Source: Smithellaceae bacterium (GTDB lineage Bacteria > Desulfobacterota > Syntrophia > Syntrophales > Smithellaceae). Taken from it: DNA of 64,000 nucleotides. A program made the position numbers and the translations under genes. Below the pieces are notes generated by a model. That model was not told the origin of the DNA. It did no database searches and saw only the letters and a list, made by a program, of their open reading frames with translations. Below, one piece after another: positions 1 through 9,063 of the stretch. Each line of letters begins with the position of its first letter. The stretch's first letter is position 1. The stretch is from positions 23,436 through 87,435 of the forward strand of contig OY820932.1 in assembly GCA_963682015.1 (NCBI GenBank), given 5' to 3'.

Positions 1-654
1 TTCTTTATCAGATTGCAGCTCTCTCGCCTGTTCTTCAATCTTTCTTGATTTCATCCAGCTTGCATAACGCATTCTGTCGAGAAGATAGATGAAGATAACC
101 GCTACAAAAGTAGCGCTGAACAGATTCTGCAGGCTGTACTGTGCGTCCACCTTTTTAAAGGATACCCCATTGAAATAACCGACAAGAAAAAATATTATGA
201 GAGAAGCGGTAAGCACGAGCAGGGCGTCTCTTCTTTTTACGGGCACAACCGCAAGAAGTGTCATGATGAAGACATGCCCTCCCAGATAAACTGGATCGGC
301 CTTGGTTAATGCGGTGATGAGTCCGGAGGATACGGCAAGGTAGGCACCGATAATATTCAAAAAAAGCAGATTGCATTCGAGATACTTCCGGGAAATGTGC
401 AGGATAAATATTGTCAGGCTGATGACGGACAAACCTACCCGGATGAGTATAAGAATCGGCTCATCAGGATGCAGTCTGTTGTCCAGCGGAATGTATGGAA
501 GCCATGCGATTGTCGTGATCAAGGAGGCAAATAAAAGAATACGCCCGCACTGATAATTGAGGTGTTTCGCAAATGTCGGCGCTGACTCTGCGCCTTCAAA
601 TTCTGGTATTGTGAATAATTTTGTTTTTTCCAGCAGATGTCGAATAACAGCCAC
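1..654 (-). CDS. Polytopic membrane protein, N-terminal part only (gene continues past the left window edge). Probably the membrane module of a signalling protein.
   Basis: Absent from the ORF track because it has no stop in the window. My translation of the minus strand from GTG (652-654), preceded by a GGAGA RBS, gives 218 stop-free codons starting VAVIRHLLEKTKLF. It has about 6 hydrophobic helices (e.g. ILLFASLITTIAWLPYIPL, ILILIRVGLSVISLTIFILHI, LLFLNIIGAYLAVSSGLITAL). A charged linker RKIEEQARELQSDKE lies at the edge. Confidence 0.55.
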   Translation of the reverse strand, partial: MAVIRHLLEKTKLFTIPEFEGAESAPTFAKHLNYQCGRILLFASLITTIAWLPYIPLDNRLHPDEPILILIRVGLSVISLTIFILHISRKYLECNLLFLNIIGAYLAVSSGLITALTKADPVYLGGHVFIMTLLAVVPVKRRDALLVLTASLIIFFLVGYFNGVSFKKVDAQYSLQNLFSATFVAVIFIYLLDRMRYASWMKSRKIEEQARELQSDKE

Positions 655-903
655 ACGATTCTCCTTCCTGATCTTTAATGATCAGATCGAAGACAGCGTT
701 ATGTAAAAAGAGCTGTGGTTTCGCTGTCGAAATCTTGCATTAATTTTTTATTTATAGATCATGGCATACATGTATTGTGTGTTATCATAATACAATATTG
801 CCAATAAAAACAGTACGAAATGGTTGATGTGCCCGATCAATCATCGTGCACATCCGCAGCCTGAGAACCTGATCGTCCAACATTCGAATGGGTAAACAAC
901 CCT

Positions 904-2937
904 TCAAGCCTTATTGTATTCTGCAAATATCATAGTAAAGACGGCACGCCCCTGTGTGGCGGAACGCAGATCTGTGGAATAACCAAACATGGCCTTCAGC
1001 GGTACTTTGGCCTTGATTTCAGAGACGGGTCCTTTCGGATTAACTGCCTGAATTTCGCCGCGCCGCGCGTTGATGTCTCCGATAACATCACCCATAAACT
1101 CACTGGGAGTAATGATATCCACCATCATGATCGGTTCCAGCATGACCGGATCTGCAGCGAGACAACCCTCGCGAAATGCCGTTGAGGCTGCAATCTTATA
1201 GCCCTGTGCCGACGATTCTCCTTCGCGATACGCCCCTCCAATCAAGCGTATGCTTACATCGATTACCGGATAGCCGCTGATTGCACCGCTGGCCATGGCT
1301 TCCCGGATTCCTTCTTCGATCGGCTCATGATACTCAGCGGGAATCATTACTTCGGAAAGCTGATTGATAATTTCATTCCCCGCTCCGCGCTTGCGGGGCG
1401 CAAGTTCCAGGCGGATGTCACCGTGATGCTTTTTCTCACCCAGTTCTTTCTCAAACACACCTTCCATTTCAACGGACTTCTGAATGGTTTCCCGATACAC
1501 AACGCGCGGACGACCAACATTGACCCGGGCATTAAATTCCCGGAGCAGCCGATCCACAATAATTTCCAGATGAAGCTCGCCCATACCGGATATTACTGTC
1601 TGGGCGGTTTCATCCTCATATTTTACCCGCAGTGTCGGGTCTTCCTCGGAAAGCTTGATGAGAGCGGCAGACAGTTTTTCCTGGTCGGCGGGTGTTTTAG
1701 CTTCAATAGCCTGACTGATCACCGGCTCATAAAATTCCATCTGTTCCAGCACGATCGGATGCGCCTCATCACTTAGAGTATCTCCGGTCGTAGTGTCCTT
1801 CAATCCCAGAACGGCAACCAGATCGCCCGCGGACGCCCTTTCAATTCTTTCACGCTTATTGGAATGCATTTGTAAAAGACGGGCAATTTTTTCTCTCTTT
1901 TTCTTAATAACGTTGTAAACCTCGCCATTGGCGGAAATCTGTCCGGAGTAAATACGCAAATAAGTGAGTTTTCGTCCTTCATCCAGCTGGATTTTGAAAG
2001 CCAGAGCCGCCAGCGGCTCTTTTTCTGAAGAGTAACGTATTTCTTCCAGTTTTGTTTTTGGATTGATTCCCTTAACCGGCGGAATATCTTCCGGAGAAGG
2101 TAGATAATTGACCACCGCGTCCAGAACGGGCTGAATCCCCTTATTCCGTAACGCCGCACCGCACAGTACCGGAACGATTTTTAAGGAGATAGTCGCCTTG
2201 CGCAATGCAATGTTAATTTGCGCCACCGTCAATTCTTCTCCAGCAAGATATTGCTCAGCAAGATCATCGTCATAATCTGCCAGCGTCTCTATCATCTTTT
2301 CTCGTTCATGTGTCGCTGTTTGGATCATTTCTTCCGGAATCTCCGTCACCGCATATTCCGATCCCTGCGAATTGTCATTCCAGATCAGCATTTTTCTATT
2401 GATCAGATCAATGACTCCACGAAAGGTGTCTTCACCGCCAACCGGAATCTGGACGGGAACAGGAATGGAATGGAAACGCTCACGCATCATATTGATCACA
2501 TGAAAATAATCCGCACCGATGCGATCCATCTTATTAACAAAGGCAACCTTGGGTACTCCGTATTTATCCGCCTGATGCCAGACGGTTTCTGATTGTGGTT
2601 CAACTCCTGCTACAGCACAAAAAACAACTACAGCGCCATCCAGAACGCGCAGTGATCTCTCGACTTCTATGGTGAAATCCACATGACCAGGTGTATCAAT
2701 TATGTGAATCTCCGTATTTTTCCAAGTACAGGTGGTTACGGCAGAGGTAATGGTGATTCCTCGTTCCTGTTCCTGTGGCATCCAGTCCATCACCGCTTCG
2801 CCGTCATGCACTTCTCCCATTTTATATGATTTTCCGGTATAAAAAAGAATTCTTTCACTGACGGTTGTCTTGCCTGCGTCAATGTGGGCGACAATTCCAA
2901 TATTGCGTGTACGGGATATTTTAGATTTTGGTGCCAT
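904..2937 (-). CDS. fusA: Elongation factor G family GTPase. Stand-alone paralog, not in an rpsL-rpsG-fusA-tuf context.
   Basis: G1 motif [21 protein letters not shown] and full five-domain EF-G length. I place the start at [14 protein letters not shown] (2937) rather than the ORF-track start at 2973. Confidence 0.93.
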   Translation of the reverse strand: MAPKSKISRTRNIGIVAHIDAGKTTVSERILFYTGKSYKMGEVHDGEAVMDWMPQEQERGITITSAVTTCTWKNTEIHIIDTPGHVDFTIEVERSLRVLDGAVVVFCAVAGVEPQSETVWHQADKYGVPKVAFVNKMDRIGADYFHVINMMRERFHSIPVPVQIPVGGEDTFRGVIDLINRKMLIWNDNSQGSEYAVTEIPEEMIQTATHEREKMIETLADYDDDLAEQYLAGEELTVAQINIALRKATISLKIVPVLCGAALRNKGIQPVLDAVVNYLPSPEDIPPVKGINPKTKLEEIRYSSEKEPLAALAFKIQLDEGRKLTYLRIYSGQISANGEVYNVIKKKREKIARLLQMHSNKRERIERASAGDLVAVLGLKDTTTGDTLSDEAHPIVLEQMEFYEPVISQAIEAKTPADQEKLSAALIKLSEEDPTLRVKYEDETAQTVISGMGELHLEIIVDRLLREFNARVNVGRPRVVYRETIQKSVEMEGVFEKELGEKKHHGDIRLELAPRKRGAGNEIINQLSEVMIPAEYHEPIEEGIREAMASGAISGYPVIDVSIRLIGGAYREGESSAQGYKIAASTAFREGCLAADPVMLEPIMMVDIITPSEFMGDVIGDINARRGEIQAVNPKGPVSEIKAKVPLKAMFGYSTDLRSATQGRAVFTMIFAEYNKA

Positions 2938-2944
2938 ATCGGTA

Positions 2945-3568
2945 TTAACCGTTTTCCTCTTTGACAGGCACAAGAAGATCCGGATCCGGTTTGAATGGAT
3001 TTATTGTAGACACATGGCCTTTAATAGACTGGATTTCTTTACCTTCAACCAGAATTTTCACCGCCTTTATAGCCGGAACATTGGCAGTCAAAGTATTCGT
3101 TAATGAATAGATCGTGACCATCTCCGCCGTGGAACCACCCGGATGATTCTTGCTCAGGTCCGCACTAAAGTTAACCAGGGCAATCCCGCCCTTGTCCAGT
3201 TTAATGTCTCTCAATGACACATTGACTGGAAATGTGTTGATATTTCCGGCTTTAGAACCGTCCAGAAGCGCTTTGACGATCTCCCTGGCCTGCTGAGCGG
3301 GATCGTCTTCTTTAAAGATATGGCGTTTTTCTGCGATCAAGGACCTTTCCTGAAGATCGGAAAAGTAAATCTCAGCAACCAGTTTTTCTTTCTTCTTCAA
3401 CGCCTCCATATCGACGGGGGGGAACAAGGCATCAAACAAAATGACGAAAAAAAGCACCAGCAATAGAACAACGCCGCCGATGATCGCGACGAGATAAGCT
3501 ATTCGTGTGGATTTCTTTTTCTGCCGATCTTTAAAATTTTCAGACCGGCGCTGTCTTTTGGTAGACAT
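2945..3568 (-). CDS. GerMN-domain protein with an N-terminal membrane anchor
   Basis: Basic N-terminus followed by one TM helix ([23 protein letters not shown]). The rest has a GerMN-like pattern (VAEIYF...ALLDG...VNFSADL...[10 protein letters not shown]...ILVEGKEI). Start ATG at 3568 has a GAGGAG RBS 9 nt upstream, whereas the ORF-track start at 3673 lacks one. The stop lies 7 nt from the EF-G start. Confidence 0.65.
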   Translation of the reverse strand: MSTKRQRRSENFKDRQKKKSTRIAYLVAIIGGVVLLLVLFFVILFDALFPPVDMEALKKKEKLVAEIYFSDLQERSLIAEKRHIFKEDDPAQQAREIVKALLDGSKAGNINTFPVNVSLRDIKLDKGGIALVNFSADLSKNHPGGSTAEMVTIYSLTNTLTANVPAIKAVKILVEGKEIQSIKGHVSTINPFKPDPDLLVPVKEENG

Positions 3569-3684
3569 AGATTGCAACTCCTCTTGAAAAAACTGCGCCA
3601 ATCTAGGGTATTTTTCTTTTACTGTCAAGCACAACAAGCTTGATCTGTTAATGTCTGGCAGGTTCCCCGGCAATAACTTTTTCT

Positions 3685-3714
3685 AATAATAAAGCCCGCA
3701 CAAAACGTGCGGGC
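3685..3714 (-). terminator. Rho-independent terminator downstream of rubrerythrin
   Basis: GC-rich 8-bp stem GCCCGCAC/GTGCGGGC with a 5-nt loop, followed on the minus strand by TTTATTATT. It sits 34 nt after the rbr stop. Confidence 0.75.
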
Positions 3715-3747
3715 TTTATGGATGATTTCTCTTGCCAGTAATACGAA

Positions 3748-4326
3748 CTAATAATTTTCCGCCAGGACTTCATAATACGACTGCGGATGTTTGCAGGCAG
3801 GACATTCCTTTGGTGCTTCCTCTCCTTCATACACATAGCCACAGTTTATGCAGTGCCACTTGGTAACGTCTTTCTTCTTAAAGACATCGCCTTTGACCAG
3901 ATTATCAGCTAACTTCCGATATCTTTTTTCATGAAACATTTCCACTTTAGATATCTGTTCAAAAGAGCGCGCTACTTCCGGAAAACCTTCTTCCCGGGCT
4001 ACTCTGGCTGCCTCGGTATACAGAGTTGTCCATTCCATATTTTCGCCAGCGGCGGCAGCTTCCAGATTGCTTTTCGTATTGTCAATCACGCCTGACGGGA
4101 AAGCAGCGGTAATTTCAACTTCACCGCCCTCCAGGTATTTAAAGAATACTTTTGCATGCTCTTTCTCGTTTTCCGCCGTTTCCAGAAATAATCTGGAAAT
4201 CTGTTCATAACCTTCTTTCTTGGCGGCGCTCGCAAAAAATGTATATCGATTTCTTGCCTGGGACTCACCGGCAAACGCCGCTAATAAATTTTTCTCCGTT
4301 TTGGTTCCTTTAAGTGATTTTGCCAT
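3748..4326 (-). CDS. rbr: Rubrerythrin
   Basis: N-terminal diiron four-helix region (TEKNLLAAFAGESQARNRY...ENEKEHAK...) plus a C-terminal rubredoxin-like CINCGY...CPACKHP. Confidence 0.95.
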   Translation of the reverse strand: MAKSLKGTKTEKNLLAAFAGESQARNRYTFFASAAKKEGYEQISRLFLETAENEKEHAKVFFKYLEGGEVEITAAFPSGVIDNTKSNLEAAAAGENMEWTTLYTEAARVAREEGFPEVARSFEQISKVEMFHEKRYRKLADNLVKGDVFKKKDVTKWHCINCGYVYEGEEAPKECPACKHPQSYYEVLAENY

Positions 4327-4636
4327 TTTTCATCTCCTTTCCTGTTCATACTATTCTACAGATTATTATTTTTTCCTGACTGCTCAGATGTCATCCGGAT
4401 ATATTATATTTGCAAGATTATCTCTGCTTTCTGTCGCAAAGCTTGTTGAAGGCGCTTTCGGTATACCCTATCAATTATCTTCGCCTATTTTCATCAACAT
4501 AACAATGAAATTTTCCTTGTCAAATTCTATAAAAATAAGTTAATTTTTAAATAATATTGTAGTATGAAGAAAATCAAGATAGAGATTATGTCCTAACCGA
4601 TAAAGTTAATAAACACCATGAGGAGGAATCAAAATT

Positions 4637-4822
4637 ATGACGACAATCATGCCGGAAGGTGAAAATATTCAGAAAGCCATTAAATGGATATCGGGCAACA
4701 TAGAAGACGGTGGTTCACAGCCCATTCAAATGCTGATTGAAAAAGCCGTATTCAAATTTGATTTATCCCCTAAAGATACAGAATTTCTGATGGGATTCTT
4801 CCGTAATCGCAATAAGGCGTAA
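4637..4822 (+). CDS. Small hypothetical protein (61 aa)
   Basis: Strong GAGGAGGA RBS 7 nt upstream of the ATG. No family recognised. Confidence 0.55.
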   Translation: MTTIMPEGENIQKAIKWISGNIEDGGSQPIQMLIEKAVFKFDLSPKDTEFLMGFFRNRNKA

Positions 4823-4877
4823 GCGGGCATAACTGTATTTCCTGCGGACGGGGCCATATTCATCGGCTCCGCATCCG

Positions 4878-5927
4878 TCAGGGTATAAAACCGTTTATGT
4901 CAACCAGATCAATGCGATCGGGCTTCCATTTCGGTTGATCGTCGCGGTCAACCAGCCGGGCCCTGACCCCTTCTATGTAATCGGGGTGTCGTGTAATAAA
5001 TCCGGCGGCTTTCAGTTCGGTTTCAAATGCTTCTGCAATCTGCCGATTTTCATTATGACGCAGTAACTTTAATGTCAAAGCCAGGGCAGTGGGTGATCTT
5101 TCTGCAATGCTTGTAAAAACTTCCGAGCAACGCTCTTCCTGTTCATGACACAGGGACAAAGATTCCAAAATTCCTCCAATATCCGACTTCCCCGAAAAAT
5201 ATCGTTCCACCCACTGATCCAGATCATGATTGACAGGAATACGATCTTCAAAAAGACCGGATATCATGTCCATCAAGCGCTCCCGAATAGTCCATTTCCC
5301 GTCAATTCCCTGGAGTTCGGCATTTTCCAAAATGCTTTCCAGCTTTATGAGGTTTTCCGATGTCATAAAGTGAGTTGCGAAACCCAGCCGCACGCATTCT
5401 ATTCCATCCATATGATAACCGGTTAATCCCAGATATTCGGGATATCCTTTGGGACAACGTCTGAACATCCAGCCGGTCGCGCCAACGTCCGGAAAAAAAC
5501 CAATCCGGGTTTCAGGCATGGCCATACGCGTCCTTTCCGTGGCAATGCAAATGGAGGCCCCCGCCGCGATGCCCAATCCGCCACCCATGGTGATGCCGTC
5601 GGCTATGACGATAACCGTTTTGGGAAACTGATGGATTTTTAAATCCAGTCCGTATTCTTTACGGAAAAACGAATCGACTTTTTCGAAATGCTTCATGCTT
5701 CCCAGCCGCGCCAGCACTTTCATATCCCCGCCCGCGCAAAATCCTTTAGAACTGCTGCTGCAAAAAAGCACAAACCGGCACTGCTCATCGGCCTGTGCCT
5801 TGTCCAACAGAGTTTCGATTTGATCCAGCATTGCTTCGATCAGGCTGTTGATTGCCTTTGGTCGATTCAGAATAATGGACATACCCGATTTTAATTTTCG
5901 CGATAAAACATACTGACCGTCTGTCAT
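4878..5927 (-). CDS. Enoyl-CoA hydratase/isomerase superfamily protein, 3-hydroxyisobutyryl-CoA hydrolase-like (ECH_2)
   Basis: Crotonase motifs FCAGGDMK and GITMGGGLGIAAG...MPETRIGFFPDVG. The ~350 aa length with a C-terminal extension is typical of HIBCH-type members. Confidence 0.8.
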   Translation of the reverse strand: MTDGQYVLSRKLKSGMSIILNRPKAINSLIEAMLDQIETLLDKAQADEQCRFVLFCSSSSKGFCAGGDMKVLARLGSMKHFEKVDSFFRKEYGLDLKIHQFPKTVIVIADGITMGGGLGIAAGASICIATERTRMAMPETRIGFFPDVGATGWMFRRCPKGYPEYLGLTGYHMDGIECVRLGFATHFMTSENLIKLESILENAELQGIDGKWTIRERLMDMISGLFEDRIPVNHDLDQWVERYFSGKSDIGGILESLSLCHEQEERCSEVFTSIAERSPTALALTLKLLRHNENRQIAEAFETELKAAGFITRHPDYIEGVRARLVDRDDQPKWKPDRIDLVDINGFIP

Positions 5928-6137
5928 TATACCTCCTGATAAATCGCACCGGCTTGATTATTTACTGATTTTTCAATTGTTATGAGATCATTGAAAACAA
6001 AATAAGTCTTTCTCAGAAAATATCATAAACCAGTGTGAATCAAGATTCTTGTTAGAGAAATAGTCAACAGAGGATAAAGGCCGTGATGAGACCGGCATAG
6101 TTCGAAAGGATATTCCATGCAAGATTCGGAAAACTAC

Positions 6138-6175
6138 GACGGTGATCCGCTTTTTATCCCCATCGGATCACCGTC
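6138..6175 (-). terminator. Hairpin terminator downstream of mscL
   Basis: Perfect 12-bp inverted repeat GACGGTGATCCG / CGGATCACCGTC with a 14-nt loop, starting 9 nt after the mscL stop. It is followed on the minus strand by a partly T-rich tail (TAGTTTTCC). Confidence 0.6.
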
Positions 6176-6183
6176 CTGAATTT

Positions 6184-6582
6184 TCACTTTTTCAACAAAT
6201 CCCTGATTTCCATGAGCAGGGCTTGATCTTTGGTCGGAGGCGCCGGTGGAGCGTCTTTCTTACTCTTCATGATGATGCCCAGGAATTTTACAATAAAAAT
6301 ATATAAGGCAAGCGCAACAATCAGAAAGTTGACGATTTCACCTATAAAGAGTCCATATGGAACTTCCTTGCCGTTAATCACCCACTTCCAGGCCAGGTAT
6401 CCCTGTTCACCGGGAATAAGCAAACTGATCAATGGCATGAGAATGTGCTTTACCAGTGAATCGACGATTTTGCCAAATGCCGCTCCAATGACCACACCAA
6501 TGGCGAGGTCAACCACATTACCTTTCAGTGCAAAATTTTTGAATTCTTCCAGCATTGATGACATTTTAACTTTAGTTTCCAT
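6184..6582 (-). CDS. mscL: Large-conductance mechanosensitive channel
   Basis: LEEFKNFALKGNVVDLAIGVVIGAAFGKIV is the classic MscL N-terminus/TM1. Two TM helices and the expected ~130 aa length. Confidence 0.93.
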   Translation of the reverse strand: METKVKMSSMLEEFKNFALKGNVVDLAIGVVIGAAFGKIVDSLVKHILMPLISLLIPGEQGYLAWKWVINGKEVPYGLFIGEIVNFLIVALALYIFIVKFLGIIMKSKKDAPPAPPTKDQALLMEIRDLLKK

Positions 6583-6615
6583 ACCAGACCCCCTTTTGAC
6601 GGTTTTCTCACTACA

Positions 6616-7053
6616 CTACTGGGCTTTAGACATTTCTTCGTAAATTTTTATTTCGATTATGCCGAAAAACTTTTCATATTGTTCTTTTTCCAGCAGACGT
6701 AACATTTCCCACCCTTCTTTTGTTTTTTTCTCCGTCGTCACAAACAGAGTCAGTTCGCATTCTTTCCAGTTGAGCTGCCTCACACGCGCAGTAGTCTTCG
6801 TCCTCCAGTCGCCTGAAATGACGAAATCTGATTCGATACGACGATTCTGATAGTCGATCACAACATTGCTGCCGATTTCTTTTTCCCTGATCACTGCGGC
6901 AACCGCCCTGAGAACGGTTTTTTCTTTGGCTTCGTAAACTTTTTTATATTCGTCCGGTTGGGATATTTTCTTTGTTGCAAGATCATGTGTGCAGGATGCC
7001 AGAGCAATACCGACTAAAAGCATCATAGCCCAAAGAATTGTTTTTTTATTCAT
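6616..7053 (-). CDS. Hypothetical lipoprotein
   Basis: Signal peptide with lipobox (MNKKTILWAMMLLVGIALASC). No family recognised. Confidence 0.65.
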   Translation of the reverse strand: MNKKTILWAMMLLVGIALASCTHDLATKKISQPDEYKKVYEAKEKTVLRAVAAVIREKEIGSNVVIDYQNRRIESDFVISGDWRTKTTARVRQLNWKECELTLFVTTEKKTKEGWEMLRLLEKEQYEKFFGIIEIKIYEEMSKAQ

Positions 7054-7077
7054 ATAACCTCTTTCTGCAACGAATGA

Positions 7078-7653
7078 CTATCGATTGTTCCCATTAATCC
7101 ACCAGTCGCTTTTGTCTTTAAACCACCAGTTTGATGAATCCGTCTGGAGAATCTCATCCGCAAGCTTTTTGCCTTCCTCCGTGACTAGACGCTGTAAAGC
7201 GTATTTGATCCATTCTTCTGAATATTTATTGCCCAAATCGCCATACTCCTTAAGTTGCAGGATCAGAGCCAGTTGATCGGCATCGCGTACGATTCGGGCC
7301 TCCGCGGTTTCCTTATCGTTAAACTCATCAATAGCCCGACGAATATCCTCGCCAAAAAGAAGACCTTCTGTCAGCTCGCGGACGGCCTTTTCTTCATCCA
7401 CGGTCACATACTTTTTATTGACGTAGTTCATGTCGCCCGTGCGCGCTTCCGGAAGATCATGGAGAATACACATTTTCAATATGCGAAATTCATCCAGCTG
7501 CGGGTTGAGTTTACACAGGCAGTATCCGACAAAAACCGTTCGCAGGATATGCTCTGCGACTGATTCCCTGCCGCTTCCCAGAAACTGGTAACCGCTGCGC
7601 GGCGTCTTGCAGAGCATTCCTACCTCAAACAATAAATCAGCGATATTTTTCAT
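7078..7653 (-). CDS. HD-domain phosphohydrolase (YfbR-like 5'-nucleotidase family)
   Basis: H...HD...D metal motif (AEHILRT...LHDLPEARTGD...RDADQL), ~190 aa. Confidence 0.85.
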   Translation of the reverse strand: MKNIADLLFEVGMLCKTPRSGYQFLGSGRESVAEHILRTVFVGYCLCKLNPQLDEFRILKMCILHDLPEARTGDMNYVNKKYVTVDEEKAVRELTEGLLFGEDIRRAIDEFNDKETAEARIVRDADQLALILQLKEYGDLGNKYSEEWIKYALQRLVTEEGKKLADEILQTDSSNWWFKDKSDWWINGNNR

Positions 7654-7654
7654 T

Positions 7655-7876
7655 TCAGCTTCTTTTCAACACTTTGATGCGGTTTGTCATCATTTCCGAA
7701 ATTTTTCGGATTTGCATTTGAACGGATGCAATGCTGTCAGGTCTGGAATTTTCAATTTTATCCAGTTGTTCTTTCCAGTGCTCCAGAAGTGCGATCTCGT
7801 TTTCCCTCATTTTTTTTTCAAATCGCTCCTGATACTCTTTAATAAAGGCGGCAGAAGATGAATCCATGGTCGCCAT
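7655..7876 (-). CDS. Small hypothetical coiled-coil protein (73 aa)
   Basis: The stop abuts the HD-domain gene start (1-nt gap). The charged heptad-like sequence matches no family I recognise. Confidence 0.45.
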   Translation of the reverse strand: MATMDSSSAAFIKEYQERFEKKMRENEIALLEHWKEQLDKIENSRPDSIASVQMQIRKISEMMTNRIKVLKRS

Positions 7877-8048
7877 TTTTTTATCCTCCTTGCTTGATAT
7901 TCCTGAAATGATTGCGGGGTATTATATCATTCACGAACAAACATGCAACAAACATTTGCTAACAAACATTTGTTAAATGATAATTTGACAGTACGGTTTA
8001 AATACTATAAGAAAGCGCCACTATAAATAATTATGGCGTGAAGGGTTC

Positions 8049-8918
8049 ATGAGCTGCAAACCAAATTCAGATGATATCGCCGGCGGTCAGGCTATTCTAG
8101 AAGGCGTAATGATGCGCCACGGCACAAAAATCGCCGCTGCGGTAAGAAAACCGGACAAGGAAATCGTTATCCAGGAACGTGACTACGTTCCACTGACCAA
8201 GCGATATAAACCGTTGGGCTGGATGTTTATCCGTGGCACCATCAGTTTGTTCGAAATGATGATCATTGGTATTCAGTGTCTGATGTTTTCGGCGGAGGTT
8301 GCCCTGTCCGAGGAAGAAAAAAAACCTCAGGGCTGGGAAATGTATGTCTCATTAATCATCAGCTTTTCCATAGCGATTTTTTTCTTTGTCGTTGTGCCTG
8401 CTTTCTTCTTTACCAAGATTAAAATATATATAGACAGTCTGATCCTGTTGAACATTCTGGAAGGTTGTGTGCGCCTTGGCATCTTTCTCTGTTTTCTCTG
8501 CGCCACACTTCTTATGACGGATATGAGACGTGTTTATATGTATCATGGAGCAGAACATAAAACCGTCTTCGCCTGGGAGGACGGCCAGGATCTGACCATC
8601 GAAAATGTCAGAAAATACTCTACTCGACATCCTCGCTGCGGCACCAGTTTTATTCTTTTTGTAATGATAGTTTCCATCCTGGTTTTTTCCCTGCTGGGAA
8701 GACCGGACTTTTTACACCGGGTCATTTATAAAATCCTGCTGATGCCTGTTATAGCCGGCATTTCCTATGAAGCCATCCGTTTCACCGGTAAACACAAACG
8801 CTTCAAACTAGTGCAGATTTTAAGCTGGCCGGGCCTGGCTTTGCAACGGATTACCACCAGGGAGCCGGACGATGATCAAATTGAAGTCGCCATCGCTGCA
8901 ATGAAAAAAGTCGTCTGA
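8049..8918 (+). CDS. DUF1385-family membrane protein
   Basis: GGQAILEGVMMR near the N-terminus, YHGAEHKTV, and several TM helices, as I remember for DUF1385/YqhQ-like proteins. Confidence 0.8.
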   Translation: MSCKPNSDDIAGGQAILEGVMMRHGTKIAAAVRKPDKEIVIQERDYVPLTKRYKPLGWMFIRGTISLFEMMIIGIQCLMFSAEVALSEEEKKPQGWEMYVSLIISFSIAIFFFVVVPAFFFTKIKIYIDSLILLNILEGCVRLGIFLCFLCATLLMTDMRRVYMYHGAEHKTVFAWEDGQDLTIENVRKYSTRHPRCGTSFILFVMIVSILVFSLLGRPDFLHRVIYKILLMPVIAGISYEAIRFTGKHKRFKLVQILSWPGLALQRITTREPDDDQIEVAIAAMKKVV

Positions 8919-9063
8919 TTTTTTGCAGAGTCTAACAACTCATGCTTCTGCCACTCATGTTCAGCAACGGGTTTCAGCCTGATAACCATTGACTTTTCCA
9001 AATAGTTAAAGTAATGAATCTTATTTGTTTGATTCATTATTTCGCTTTCGGGGGCATTCGACG

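Noticed and set aside
826-856. The GATGTGC...GCACATC hairpin as an EF-G terminator
   Set aside because: It is a 7-bp stem with a roughly 15-nt loop and no adjacent U-tract. That is not strong enough to annotate.
2938-2973. A 12-aa N-terminal extension of EF-G in the ORF track ([12 protein letters not shown])
   Set aside because: EF-G proteins begin a few residues before the G1 motif. The extension would also overlap the upstream GerMN gene stop. The internal MAPKSK start is preferred.
4327-4636. A PerR/Fur box in the AT-rich rbr upstream region
   Set aside because: Several AT-rich runs are present (for example TATATTATATTTGCAAGATTATC). I could not find a convincing 7-1-7 or 19-bp inverted repeat, so it is too weak to call.
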